From: Protoeuglena noctilucae
Lineage: Eukaryota
Direction of reading: 5' to 3'
Assembly: GCA_958009085.1 (NCBI GenBank)
Contig: OY253671.1
Span: forward strand, 62,001-126,000
DNA: 64,000 bases
Both the position numbers and the translations under genes were made by a program. Position 1 is the stretch's first letter; each line of letters opens with the position of its first letter. Below are positions 26,941 to 40,337 of the stretch, one piece after another. Under the pieces are notes generated by a model. That model ran no database searches. It was not told the origin of the DNA and saw only the letters and a program-made list of their open reading frames with translations.

Positions 26941-28658
26941 ATGTGCTGCATGAGGGAGAAGCAGCAGCAGGCTCGCAGCGCGGCGCTGAGGCGAGTTGCC
27001 GGCCGAACCTGGATACGCCGTTATGAACAAGACGCATATGATGCTCTAGAACCGGGGCCGCACATGCCCGGGGAGCGCGGTGGCTCGCGTTCCGCCCTGC
27101 CACGTCGCTCGGTGCCTCTCCCGCAGGGCCGCGCTGCTCCGCCACGACCCGACGTCCGTCCGCGGCGACGCCATTCGAAGCGTTATCAAGCCTCCGCCGG
27201 CCGCTGCGGCCCCGCGCGTCGCAGCGGAGCGCAGAGAGGTCGCTATGTTGCACGATGACAATGAAGAAAGGGATTCCGATTCCGCCCCTGCCGCGAGTCG
27301 AACCGAGAGCTCCTTTTCCGAATCTTCATTGGATTCTAATGACGACGATTGGGACGCGGAGACGCAGCGGATCCGCGAGTTGCGGCTGCAGGAGATGCGA
27401 GCCCAGGCAGCGAGGGCCCTGGCACTGCGGTGAGGGGCAGGGGGCAATGGTGGTCATGGTATGACCATCTGTGACGCTGATATGTCAACAGTTTATTGAC
27501 TATACTGCTTCATGTTACTTCAGGGAAAGTGGTGCTGGTGGGGTGCGTGTGGTGACGGAGGTAGAGGCGGTGAGGGGAGCCGAGGAGGCACAGTGTGCCG
27601 TGCTGTGGCTCCGAACAGGAGAGGAGGAGTGTGGTGGGGCACAGGTAAGAGGAAGCAGTGTTGTGGGTGCATGCACGTGAGGTGAGAGGGTAACATGCAC
27701 AGCCGCAGTAGCACCCTAGATGCTCCCCACCGCTGCTTCGCTCTTCACACCCCCACTCCCCTCACCCCGCTGTGCTCATTCGCAGCCACAGGAGCCCTCG
27801 GGCGTGCTGTCGGGTCTGGCAGGGCAATACCTGGGCACTGCGTTTCTGGCGTCGGAATGCGCCCCGGGGCGACGGCCGCTGCCCCACCTCCGGTGCCCGG
27901 GTGAGGGGCGATGGTGTTAGGCGTTGGCAGACAGCGTGAAATACGATTAAAAACGATGAGCCGCGTCTTTAATGATATGGTTATAGCGGTACTGTAGGTG
28001 ATCTGAGTCACTCCACTCCACGCTTCCCCGCAGACCCCCCCTGTCTCCTGGCACTGCGTTCTGGCGTCCTCGTGGGTTCGTTACCGCTGAGTCAGGTCGG
28101 GTGGGGTAACCCCGGGGGGGTGCGCGGGGAGGAGGTGGAGGGGTGGCTGAGGAGGGCGGGGGTGCTGGTGAGGGGGATGGTGTTATATCAATTTGCTATA
28201 TTGATAACATTGATGGTGAATGGTGCGTTGGTTGGTGCGTGGGAGGAGGTGGAGGGGTGGCTGCGGAGGGGGCGGGGGGTTGCTGGTGAGATGGATGGTT
28301 GGCAGTGTTGATAGTACAAGGTGCTGGTGAGTGGGCGTGATGGTTGGGTGGCAGTGTGTTGATACTTGATCTTGTGTGCACTGTTGTCGCAGTGTGTCTG
28401 TTACTTACGCAGTATAGACAGATCAATATTTGCATTACTCTCCCATGCCTCACTCGCGTCTCTCTGTCGCAGTCGAGGGGAGGGGTGGGGGATGACAGCG
28501 GTGATGAGAGCGATGATGACGATAATGATAATGAAAGGGAGTCGTTTGGGCCTCATTGCGACAAGTGCGGGCGACCGGGGTATCACGTGCACATCGGAGT
28601 GCCAGAGAGGGCGGGGAGCGGGGGTGGGGGTGGGAGCGAGAGCGAGGGGGAGGGGTGA
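26941..28658 (+). CDS. Phosducin-like / thioredoxin-fold protein with C-terminal CxxC-H motif
   Basis: MCCMREKQQQARSAALR|AALLRHDPT, acidic stretch, RIRELRLQEMR helix, LAGQYLGTAFL, PCLLALRSGVLVG, EVEGWLRRAGVL, CDKCGRPGYHVH; five introns in phase. Confidence 0.7.
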
Positions 28659-28663
28659 CGAGG

Positions 28664-28668
28664 TGTAA
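28664..28668 (+). promoter_or_regulatory. TGTAA chlorophyte-type poly(A) signal candidate after the phosducin-like stop
   Basis: TGTAA also occurs downstream of stops at 19938(+), 33829(+), 20032(-), 28761(-) and 746(-); UGUAA is the established Chlamydomonas-type signal. Confidence 0.55.
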
Positions 28669-28796
28669 CAATATGACAGTATGACATGAGAGGGGTGGAT
28701 AGAGGGGAAAGAGGGGTTAAGTGTCTATATAGATCTTCCTTGAATGATTCAATTGATACCTTACAGGCACAACTGCACCGTTCAAATCCAACCGTC

Positions 28797-31700
28797 TCAT
28801 CCCTTGCCGTTACTCCCATCCCCGCTCCCACTGCCACCCCTGCCCTCCTCCCCCTCACTCCCCTCCCTCTCAGCCCCATCACCTACCCTCTCACTGCTAC
28901 CCCTGTCAACCCCCACCCCACTACCCCTCGTCCCCCCCTCCCCACCTCCCCTCTCGCTCTCTTCAAGCTTCCCCATGCCCTCCTGCACCTTCTGCAAGCC
29001 AAACGTAAGGAATCATGTGCAATAATCATAAAGACAATATATATGCGACAAACATGAACTGATATGTGCAATACTGCAATAATGACCAATTACCCCACCC
29101 CACTCATCCCCCACCCCCCCCTTATTCCCTCACCTTCTCCACCTTCCTCAGCAGCTCCTTCCTTTTTGAAACTGTCCTGCGTTTCTGGCGCCTGACATAG
29201 GCGTCCCGCAGCACGTCCCTGGCCACGGCTGCCGCGTAGGGGGCGGCCAGGTTGCTGCCTGTGAATGGGGGGGGGGAGAGGAAAACAACGTGATCATTCA
29301 ATTTACGAAATAAGGCGTTATGAAGACGCACCGTGCCTCACCACCCTCAGTGTACCCATCGCATCCATGCCATGTTGTCTTTACTACAACTTTCACACCC
29401 ATCATGCAACCATCACCACGTCCCCTCACCCGTGAGTATCATGACGCTCCCCAGCGCGACTGTCTCAACTGCCACTTTCGCTGCCTCCATTCCCACCGAA
29501 AGAGACCAGGCATTTGTGACCGGGCGCATCACGGCAGCATTCACGGCTGGGGGGGAGAGAGTATTGATGATAATATCGAAAGGATGGGAGTGTTGTGTTT
29601 GTTGCTATGTTTGCCAGTATGTACTGTACAAATACAATGCTCATTACCCCACTCTCACCCCTCCGCACGTTCTCGATGGTCTGTGGGTCCACATTCACAA
29701 TAAATGAATATAATCAACTATTATATCTATAATACTACAATTACCATAAACTCACCCTTCCGCACGTTCTCGATGGTCTCCGGGTCCGCCTCCGCCCCCC
29801 CCGTCGCCTCAATGCCACCCACGCCGCCCTCCGCCACGCCTGGGGGGGAGTGGAGAATGGGGCATGTAAACTGATGATAGTACGATGTCACCATAGTACC
29901 ATATACACTATGCGATAGTATTGCATGTGCAGTACCATGACAGTACCGTCACCACAACTCTTACCACTACCACCCCCACCCCCACCCCTCACCTCTGCTC
30001 GACCACCTCCCCACCACCCCCACCCCCACCACCGCCGCCGTCATGCACGCCAGCCCCAGCCACGGCGCTTGCGTCCTGGCGAGCTCGGGTTCGATTCCCG
30101 CCTCACTCAATCGGTCCAAAGACCACGCGGTGAAGAAGAGGAGCGCTGGGGGTGGGGAGAGGGAGATGTGGTGATGTGGTGATGAGTGACGGCAAAAGCC
30201 AACAATTATATAGATGTGTAAAAGAGTGCTTCCCACCACCATATGTAAAACATATTCACAGCACCCCCTTCCCCGCAACAACCCCCACCCACTCCTCCTC
30301 CCCCCCCCACACCCGCCCCCCTCGCAAACATCTCCCTCCCCATCACTCTCACCACCACCACCACCACCTCCACCACCACCTCATCACCCCACCCCCTCAC
30401 CCGCCCCCCTGGCAAACATCTCCCTCCCCATCGCCGCCACCACCGTCACCGCCACTTCTGTAAGCAATGGCGACGCGATGTCCACCTCCCGTCCCCTCCT
30501 CTCCAACAAACGACGCTGCAGGGTGTAGGCAGCGCGGCGGAAGAGGGGGCCCTGGGGGTGAGATGGGTTGGGGTGGATGTTTGTTACATGGGGTGTGCTT
30601 GGGGTGCCTGCTAACACACGCGCTCTCATTTCCCCTGTTTACAGTCCGTCTTAGACCTCTGTCTACCATCACCACTCTCCCACCCCCCATGTACCCACCC
30701 CACCACCCCCCATCTCCCACTCTCTCACCTGCACCGTCGACCCCAGCATCTCCAGCTCCTGCTCCGTTTCTGACATCCTCGTCCCCTTCACGATGATGCC
30801 CCCCGGCACGCCCACCACCACGCCGCGCCAGGTGCGGGGGGGGGTGGGGTCGTCGGGGCTGAGGCGGGGGCGGGGCTGCGAGGGGGGGTGGGGAGGAGGT
30901 GGAGAGGGGTGGGTGGGTGAGTGAGTGGCGGGTGGTGTTTGGACGAGCGGAGTGGAGTGAGTGAGAGGTGAGGGTGGGGCTGCAGTGCACAGGCGCCTGT
31001 GAGTGGAGTGGGGCATAAGTGAAACTGCGGTGAGGAGGTATAAATTGCTGCAAGCGGCCTCAGTCAGTGCACACCTTCCCCTGCCCCACTGCCCCAACTG
31101 CCCTCACCTTCACGGCAGGCACTGTGACCCTTCCCCCTTACCCCCCTGCCCCCCCCCAACTGCCCTCACCTTGACAGCGGGCACTGTGACTCGCAAAGGC
31201 GCGTCGCTGGAGGCCGTGTAGTTGGGGAGCAGCAGCAGAGCATCGATGGCCAGAATGGGGAGGGCCAGGGATGCGGCCGTGAGCATGTGGCGGGGGTTGC
31301 TGAGATCGAAGCCCTGCGGGGGGGGAAGGGAGGTCGGGGCGACAATTGCTAACGTGTTACGAGGTATTTTTATGAGGACCGTTCTCTGCTCAGTCACCCG
31401 TTCTCTGCTCACTTCTTTTCTCTTATCCCATGCCAGCATGCTCTCACCTGGAACAGGTCCGCCCGCAGCGCCCACGCCACCCCGACCGCCGCGGTCCCCT
31501 GTATGGATGCCGAAAGCAACCGCACCACCACGCCACCCATCGCGCCCATCAGCCGGGCCGCCCCGGACACGCGCGGGGGGCGCTGGCCCCACTGCTCGGA
31601 GTCCACTTGGTCCCCGCCGCCCCTCCCGCCCGCACTGTTTGCACCGCGCTCGCTTTCCGTACCACCCGCCCCGTCGCGATCCGCGCGCTCTCTCGACTCC

Positions 31701-32158
31701 CCGTCGCGGCTGCCTTTTCCCTCGTTATTACGTGCTTCTAATCCGTCGCTCTCTGCCCCGACCCGCCGCGCATCCGCGCCGCGCGCGGCCTGGGACGTGG
31801 ATGCGTCCTCGCCATCGCCTTCGCTGCCCTCGCGACTGGACACCGCGTCCCGGCGATCGACGTCCCCTTTCGTAGACGATCGCCTCCATGTGTGGCAATG
31901 ACGCGGGATACCCCAAGCGGCGCGGCGGGGCGCGACCAGGGGGCGCGTGACGGACAAAGGCGCAGGGGGGCCTGCAATGGATTGGATGAGCACCTGACGT
32001 CACGGTTGGGACAAATACAAAACAAAGAAGCAGGAGGCGCACTAGTCAAGCAGTAACTCGTCGAATCGCGGGACCCAGAGCCGCCCGAAGTCGCCACACT
32101 CACGGTGCGCCTCCCGCATCGCCCGTCCGACAGCCGACGCCCCGCCGACGCTCGTCAT
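28797..32158 (-). CDS. Putative plastid membrane protein, degenerate CPBP (CAAX protease/Abi)-like
   Basis: Transit-like N-terminus, several hydrophobic helices, motifs GREMFARG and GSNLAAPY that resemble CPBP motifs. Family assignment tentative. Confidence 0.55.
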
Positions 32159-32747
32159 CGTGTTTCGATCCCGAGAAGCGACAGTCGAGGCAAGCACTCC
32201 CTAGATGTTGCAAAATCGCAGTATACCAGGGGCGAAGATGCGAGAGGTTGTCGGGCTTCCTTGTGATCGGTTCCACCCCCCCCGCCTTGCTGTCATCGAG
32301 GCCGCTATGGTGCACAGGTACAGATCGCGCTCGCCTATCGACGTCCTGCTGCGCCGGCCAATCCCCCCACTGGCGCGGCCCTGACGCCGGCCGACCTCGC
32401 CGGGCTCGCTCATCCGTGACGCCTGCCGACTGCTCTGCCAAGACGTGAGACTCGAGATGGTGTTCGGGGCACCAGCCGCGCTCTCATAGCCTCTTCTTCT
32501 TGCCGTGAGAGTCTTTGCAGCGAGCGATGACCCCCTGCGGGGCGAGTAAGATGGCGTAGCGCGCGTTTCCGCACCCGGCGGTTCTAGTTTAGCAAGATGC
32601 AGGCGCGGCCTGCGGAGGCGGAGTCGTACATCGACCAGGCGAGCGCGCGGAGTTTAGCGCGGGGACGGAAACACGAGCGCCCCGTGCGCCCCCGCCAGCG
32701 CCGATGGCGTCCCGGCGACCGCTGCGAGATATGCTTGACTGACGCAG

Positions 32748-33733
32748 GTGAACATCCGCCGCGTCCGGGACCGTGAGCTCGTGATCCCCGTCGTGGTGGG
32801 CTCCGTGGCGTTCTACTTGGGAAAGAAGGCGACGGACACGTTCACGCACCGCTGGACGGTCTTCCTGCGAGCCCCGGACAACTCGGACCTCTCACATATC
32901 ATCCAGAAGGCGAGCGCGCCGCCCTCACCGGCCCCGCGCGCTCCAGGGGCTGCGTCCCACCGGCCCACCGCTTTCGCCTCCCGCGACGTCGCAGGTGACC
33001 TTCCAGCTCCACCATTCCTTCACGGAGGCCAACCGGGAGATCTCGACGCAGCCGTTCCAGGTCACGGAGAACGGCTGGGGCGAGTTCACCGTGGGCGTGA
33101 AGGTCTCCTTCACGGCCGACGCCAAGGCGAGCCCTGCGCCCGCGCAATTCGAACCCGGGACCTTAATTTCGCATGTTTCTTTTCATATACATGAAATGAA
33201 CTGTTCCCGCGCGTCGCAGCTCCCGGACGTGGACCTGTTCCACCCCCTGAAGCTCTACGGAGACGAGAAGAGCGCTGAGCAGGGCCTGCCCGTGGTGTCA
33301 GAAACCTACGACGAGCTGGTGTTGGTGGACCCGACGTGGGAGGTCTGGCAGCGGTGCTCGGGGGTGCAGCCGAAGCCGGCACCCTACGCGGATTGGATGG
33401 CGCACGTGCTGCACCACAGGCGAGCGAATGGAGTGGGTCGCTGCGGCATGGATGGTCGAGATATGCGATGGGGGAAATGTGATAGGGTATGGTACGCGAT
33501 TGGACGCGCGTGGGCGTTGTGGATGCTTGACAAACGCGCACCCGTCCCCGCGCGTTCACTGGGTAGCAGCATTGCGATGTAGCGTGCGTGTCATGTGTTT
33601 GCATCACGCTAGATGTTCAGATCCTTCTTCACTTGTCCGCAGCGGGGACACGGAGCTGCAGAAGGTGCTTGCGGCGCGGCAGAGGATCGCGCTCATGACG
33701 CACGCCCTCAAGGTGCAGGGGGCGGCGGTGTGA
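32748..33733 (+). CDS. YEATS-domain protein (YAF9/GAS41-like); first coding exon upstream of 32748 unresolved (ATG 32597 or 32528 possible)
   Basis: THRWTVFLR, VTFQLHHSF, PFQVTENGWGEF, LFHPLKLY, VVSETYDEL; three GC-AG introns (32910-32994, 33127-33219, 33420-33642). Confidence 0.9.
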
Positions 33734-33987
33734 GGCTGCGGATCGCCGAATCGCGGGGCTAATCTGTCGTCAGTCCATTTAATCGCGGGGGTTAGTTATC
33801 TTGCACCAATTTTGTTCCTACAAGGGACTGTAACAATGCCGCGCGACGTTGGACGCAAGTAGACGTCTCGTAGACATCAAGGGGCGCCCCCACGCAGACT
33901 CGCAGACATCGAGCGGAGCAGATCGTCGTACATGCGAGTGGCAGTGGCAGTGGCAGCGCGCGTGTCGCTACGCCCCACGCTCATCGC

Positions 33988-34944
33988 TCACGCGCGACCT
34001 CCTGCCCTGTCAGACCGACCGCCGCGCATCCTCTGTGGATGAACAGAGAGGGGACCGTTGTCAACAGCTCAGCACCCGAGCATGCACCGACGCCTGACAT
34101 CTGCAGACAACCAGCCCCCGCCTACTCCACACCCGCACTCGCCTCTGCCACCGCCCCCGTCTCTCCCGTGCGCACTCGGATGACGTCCGCCACGGGAGTC
34201 ACGAAGATCTTGCCGTCCCCGACCTCGCCCGTGTTGGCCACCGTGCACACGATACGCAAAACATCATCCACCTGGTCGCGGCTGACCACCACACTGATCT
34301 GCGACTTGTCCACCAGCGCCGCGATGCCGAACTCGTTGCCGCCGTAGCGCTCCGCCAGGCCGCCCTGCACGCCGCTGCCGCGGACCTGGCTCACGGTCAT
34401 GCCGCGGATGCCCTCGTCGCTGCGGAGGGGGCGAGAGGGTAGCGCTGGCGAGGAGGGCGCACATCGCCTCCCTCAACGCCGCGTTTCTGCACGCCGATTC
34501 CCCGCGAGACGCAGCGCATCGTACCTCAGAGCACACACGACGTCGTTGAGCCTCCAGGGCCGCAGAATCGCTTCCATCTTGAAGAATTGGCATTCCTGTT
34601 AGGACGCATAAAGGTCGCGGGGTCTCTCCGGTGACGCGTCGGGCACGGCATTCTCGCAACAGGCGCAAGTACAAGTGAAATACACTCTCGCATGCGGATC
34701 GGCGGCCGCGAGGGTCGCGGGCGTCGACGCTGGCGTAACTAACCCGTCTGATGCTGCTCCTCGGTCTCACCGGGAAAGCGGAAAGGTCCGCGGTCAGCGT
34801 CTTGAGCTTGGCGTAGATGTCACCATTCCCCTCAGCTGCCTCAGCCCTCGCCCGCACGATCCGAGCGGGCCTCCGCGCTGCCACGCATGCCCGCGGCGTA
34901 GCAGTCGCGGAGAAGGCGGGGAGGGGACGACGGCACGCGAGCAT
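33988..34944 (-). CDS. GLB1: Chloroplast nitrogen regulatory protein PII, 4 exons
   Basis: Transit peptide, [58 protein letters not shown] (last exon 34032-33988 via GC-AG intron). Confidence 0.95.
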
Positions 34945-35173
34945 CTCTCCTTCGACGATGGCCCAAGCTATTTCACGACGGATCGGCTGCGGCTGAGGGG
35001 CTGCGGCTGAGGAAGACGAGGGTGGGCCAGTCGCCCGCGTGTCGGTGCCAGCTTTGTACGTTCGACTTGCTGCCCTCGATCTTGGAGCCCGCAGGTGCAC
35101 TGGGAGCAAGTGGAAGGCTGGAGAGGGCAGAGTGTGGTATTGGTTCTTCGCCACGTCGCGCGCACGGGTCGCC

Positions 35174-37264
35174 ATGGACCTCAAGGACGAGCTGCTCGTG
35201 CGGACGTTCCTCGTCGCCCATTTCCGGCGGTGGAGCGAATTAATTGGTGAGTTAACGACGCGGCGCTGCCGTATGCACACGCACATGCACTCGTCGGCGC
35301 GCTATGGCCTCGCGTCCGGTCCTCTTCTGTGTCGGTTCGCCTTCGTCGACCGCTCAGCCCGCGGGGCGGCCCAGCGGGGCGTGAATTACGCCGTGCAATT
35401 TAAAAATGTTGCGATGACACGCTGGGGAGGCCAATGGCTGGCTTCGTGAAGAGAACAGCGCTTGGGCAGGCTAAAAAGTTGCTCGTCACAGCTGCGCCCA
35501 TCCGGGGCCAATGTCGCAACGTTGATCCCACTCACTACCCGCAGCGCATGTACGGCAGTGCAACGCGCACGGGGTGACGCCGGAGGAGCTGCGCATGACT
35601 CTGCGTTTCCTGGTGGTCTCTTCGGGCTACGGACCCTGCTTGGGGGCTTTCACCGCACTGAAGGCGAGAAGCTAGAAGCGACCATGCGTCGGCAAAGCCC
35701 TCTCCCCACGCGAGCGCTCCGTTACGCGACGGCCGAGTTTTGTGCCGCAGGATGCGGGGCTGCTCCCCGCGCAGACGCCTGGAAAGGTCGGGGGCCCTCC
35801 CAGCCGCGCTTTCGAGGTCGTATACGAGGGCATCGCATCCAGGGTCCGCAAGGTCGTCCATTCCAGCGACGCCGTCCTCGGGAACTGGATTCAACGGTGC
35901 ACGAATGCCACCCACTGCCGGCTCTCATGTCGCACTGAACATGCCCAGCACCCGCGCCCTCTTCCTCTTTCATGACCGCTTTCATTGACACAGCCTTCCA
36001 TTGAACAGGCTGACTTCCTCGCACTGACCCCCTCACTCTGGCCCTCGCAGTCACCTGTACGGCGACGTCTTTGCGTCCCCGGGCATCAGCCTCCGCCTCA
36101 AGGAGCTGCTCATGGTCACCTTCTTGGCCGAGGCTCACATGCCCAGTCAGCTGTACGGGCACTGCCGGGGTGAGGACCGCACAGACGCACTGACAAAGAT
36201 GTCGCATGTCCTTGTTATATCCTAGTTATACTGGCCCTATCTGGATGCATTGCATATACATTGCAGATTACGGAAGCCTGCTGGACCAGTTCGCACCCGT
36301 GCCTCTCCCGCAGCCGCCTTCCGCTTCGGCAACTCGCCCCACGCTGTGCAGCGCGCCATCACGCTGGGATTCGAGTACGCGCCACGGGTCCATCGCCCCG
36401 CACTCCAGGCGAGCCACAGCAACTATTGCGACGCCAGGCATTGCAACCTCAGGCCTAACAACAACCCCAGTAGTGTGCCACCATGGAGTCTCCTCACCAC
36501 ACCAGGGTCACTAGGGTCACTCCCTCAACGCATGCTGTAGCCGACTGACCACCGCTTGCCCCCGTATACCATCATACACTGTTCCCCTGATACATTGAGT
36601 CATGCAGAGAGAGCGACCGCGTCCCTCCATTGCTCATCACCCGCAGGACGCGACGGACACGGCCTGGGCGGCGTGGGCCGCCTTCCGCCGTGAGACGGGC
36701 GGCCAGGGCGCCGCTCCTTGTGCCGCCTCCGATGGCACGGACCTGACCCCCGCGGCCTTTCTCCTGGTGCCCGACACGCCCCGAGACGACGATGCCGGGC
36801 AGCTGCAGGCGACGACAGAGCATCCGCAGCCCACGTCGACCCACATCAGCCAGCTCAGTGCTACCACCGACATGGGCGCTGCTCTTGACCTGAACGACCG
36901 CCTCAGCGGCGCCTCGGACATCGTCAGCCCCATCGCAGACAGCCACGCGCACTCCACGCTGGCCGCGGTGCTGGCGGGGCTCACGACGGGAAGGACCATG
37001 TCGCGCCGGTGGAGCCTGGGCGAGCGGCGCTCCGTTTCCGGCGCAGCTGCCATGGCAATGCTCGGGTCCCGGTCTAGGGTGGTGGGAAGCACTGCGTTTG
37101 CGGGTGTGGCAGCCCTGGCGCCGCTGCCGCTCGACAAGCGGCCGTCGACGAGGCGGGGGAGCCTGGTGGACGGTGCGAGGGGCGGCGTGGGGGCGATTGC
37201 GGGGCTGGGATGGCGCCGGAGGTACCATAGCGAGACGCCGCACGTGGGGGCGGCAGCGGCGTAG
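35174..37264 (+). CDS. Carboxymuconolactone decarboxylase / AhpD-like protein with long low-complexity C-tail
   Basis: Spliced: GVTPEELRMTLRFLVVSSGYGPCLGA, HLYGDVFASPGISLRLKELLMVTFLA...QLYGHCRAAFRFGNS, matching the CMD helical-hairpin pattern. Confidence 0.75.
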
Positions 37265-37871
37265 CGTGACGGGATGGTGTGTCACTGGCAAAGGCAGCAC
37301 GCAATGACATGCCATGCAATGCCATGTTCTTGAATTGCGCCACACGAGCACCTGGGCGGGATGTCGGGATGACTGAGGGACTGAGCTATTGAGCTGGGCT
37401 CGCCGGGGTGTGACCTGGGTAGCGGGATAGGTGTTACTGTGATGGCGAGCGTGGGCAAGGCGGCGGTCAGCATTTCTATAGTAGCTATGGGGTGGCCGTC
37501 TAACTGGCGGCGATAATGAGGCGAAGACGATTCGCAGTAAAAAACGCGGTGTTGTATCATTCATGTCCCTCTGGTCTGGATAGGCCGAGCAGTAGAGGGC
37601 CGTCTACGAAAGGGCGACCAATCATTGTGCGATGCGCAGCATGCGCAGTGCAGCAGACGTGAATTGAATCCATGGCATCAACGACGCGCGCCGATCTGAC
37701 TGCTCTTAGACAAAGTGCATCAAGGGGCATGGCTGCCAAGCAGTGCAGCCGGATGGCGAAGAGAAGATAGGGCCTGACTGAAGAACGCACGCAACGCTGC
37801 ATGTGATACGCATCTGGCATCTAGGCAAAACTTTGGGAACGTCGACCACACGCTTGAATTCGAATTCTGGC

Positions 37872-39837
37872 TCACTGTGCCAGAATCCTCTGCAGGTTGT
37901 CGTGCGCCTTGGTGATGCGCATGAAGGCCTCCTGGGCTCTGCAGAGGCGGGAGGTGAGAGAAGCGATTATGCAATCATCACATGATTATGCGAGACTCTG
38001 TTCTGCTAAGAAATCAGGACGTTGTATTGTGCCTGACGTGCCACCACGCGACACGATGCGACCAGCGGCGCGCTTGGGAACACGCAAACCCCCGAGCACG
38101 TTGAGAGAGTGACCAAAGCATGTTGCGACCACATAACCCTCACCTGGGCAGCTGGCACTTGTCCGGGTGCAGTCCCCTGGCCATCTGCTTGTACCGCTGC
38201 CGAATGTCCTCCAGCGAGGCCTCCATGCCCAAACACAGCGCGTCGTAGTCAGTCTGTGATGCAGTCACGGGTACAGTTACGGATCATGCAAGTACATATG
38301 CTAATGACTGTTATAACACACGACATGCATCGCTCGGGAACGCCGACGGGGTGCAGCGAGCACCCTCAGCTGCAATCGCACACCCCGGCCACCGCAGAGC
38401 ACGCACACCAACGCCACGTCACTCAAACGTGGACACACAAACCAGTCAGATCCACTGATCAGATACTCGCCTGCGCCGACAGGACGGTGGCTATCAGTGC
38501 CGCATCCACGTCCACCCTCGCAATGCGGCGGTGCGTGGCCGCCGCTGTCGCCAGCCCCTCCGCGCCCCCGCCCGCCTTGTCGCCCTTCTCTCGCCGCATC
38601 GTCGACAGCGACTCGGCCAAACGCTGCCTGCGAGGGCGCGGCGGGGTGAGGTACACAGGTGAAGTGGTGTTGCTCTAAGTGTGCAGCGAGCCATGGGCTG
38701 CAGGTGCTGGAAGGAGTCAGCGGGACGCTCCCGGGTGATAAAGGATCGACTATTCCGTCGCTTCACGCATCGTCCCGCGTCCCTTACCCCTTGAAATCTC
38801 TCTTGTTATGCATTGCCCAAGGCCCCCCTCGCCCCACACTGCGGCGCCCCCGACTACAGGCCCTCACCGTCGCTCCCGGTCGGCCTCCTCCATCGCCCGC
38901 ACTCGCTCCGCCTCCTCTCTCTCTTCTCGCAAGCGCGCTTCCGTTTCTGCGTGCTCCTGCCTTCGACGCTCCAGCAACGCCCGCACCTCCGCCTCCCTGC
39001 GACGATGCGAGAGGGCGCCGGCCGCGGAGGTGCTGGAAAGGAGGTGTCAAGCAAAAGAGCGTTGCGATGGGGACGTATCGGGGGCCGTCGCGAGCCGAAA
39101 AGGGTGTTGCAACGATGCGACGCCTAGACCTCCCACCTGGCGCGCTTTGCCGCCATCTCCGCCTTCAACTCGGCCTTCTTTTCGTGAGGTGTCAAGGAAC
39201 CCGCGCGCCAGACCCGCGGGCGCTTGGCGGGGGGCGGGGCGGAGGCATCCCCCGCATTCCCCGACGAGCTCGCGGACGGGTCATCGCGACGCCATACGCG
39301 ATTCCCCTGCCTCTGCTTCGGCGCAGGCTTTGCGTCTGTCGTCGAAGGCCCCGTCGCGGGCCTCGCGGCTGCGGCGTCGGCCTTGGTGGGTGCCGGCGGA
39401 GCACGGGTCGCCGTGCCCGCGGCGTCCTGCGAGCGCATGCGGCCCTACTTGGTCAGCAAGTCTACACAGCTACAAAGAATGCAAAGCTGCAGCTTTCGTA
39501 ATACGGCAGCGCCCAACGAGGTGAACATCGAGCAAGCGTTTGTCCTCACCGCAGCTTGCCGGCACCACTTGACCGCCCCCATCGCAAGGGGCTCTTGTTC
39601 ACAGACTAGCTGGAGCTCATTCGCAGCAGCGCAGCCGGGCTGCAGGTTGGGGAAAGCGGGCCCTTGCCCTGGGATCTGACGTTCGCGGACTCTTGGTCCC
39701 TTGCGACTCCCGCCCCTGGCCACATTCCGCGAACGCGTCCGGTGCGATTGCTCTCCTACAAAGCAAACTTCACTGTCACTAGAAGAACGCTGTCGGCGAC
39801 CCTTTCTGCTTAGCGGGGAAGGAGATCGATCATGCAT
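37872..39837 (-). CDS. Protein with C-terminal J (DnaJ) domain; start uncertain (may extend to about 40080)
   Basis: TDYDALCLGMEASLEDIRQRYKQMARGLHPDKCQLP|RAQEAFMRITKAHDNL* (HPD motif), preceded by coiled-coil exons. Confidence 0.8.
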
Positions 39838-40337
39838 GCGCGGGGGCTGAGCGCTGGGATCGGCGCGAGCCAAGGTGAGAGGCCGTCGCGGCGAGCATTA
39901 CTGATTCACGAGCTGCTGCTGCGGTGCCTGGCCGGTCCGCGGGGTGTCGGCGTCGCAGGCGACGCGGGAGGCAAGGTTTGCGGCCGCCGGCCACGGGGGC
40001 CACTGCGCCTCGATGCGGCGCGGATGCGCGAAAGGCGTTTGCCTCCGCGCGTTTCCGCAACTTTGTGCTTCCGACATGGATGCCGGGGACCCCCCCGGCC
40101 GTCGCGCACGCCGGCTGCCCCCGCATGGCCGCGATTGGCCATCTGCAGCCCTCGGTCGACGGGACCACCCGCCCCCGCGATCGCGGCCGCGCGGCGCCAT
40201 CGTTGGCTAGCTCAATACGGGCCCGCCCCTCCCGCGGGTCTCCGGACGCGTGCGCAGCCGCCTCCATGCACTGCAGCCAGTGCCCGTCCCTCTCCCGTCT
40301 CCCATCCGACTCTTCAAACTTGCCAGCATCTTCTTTG

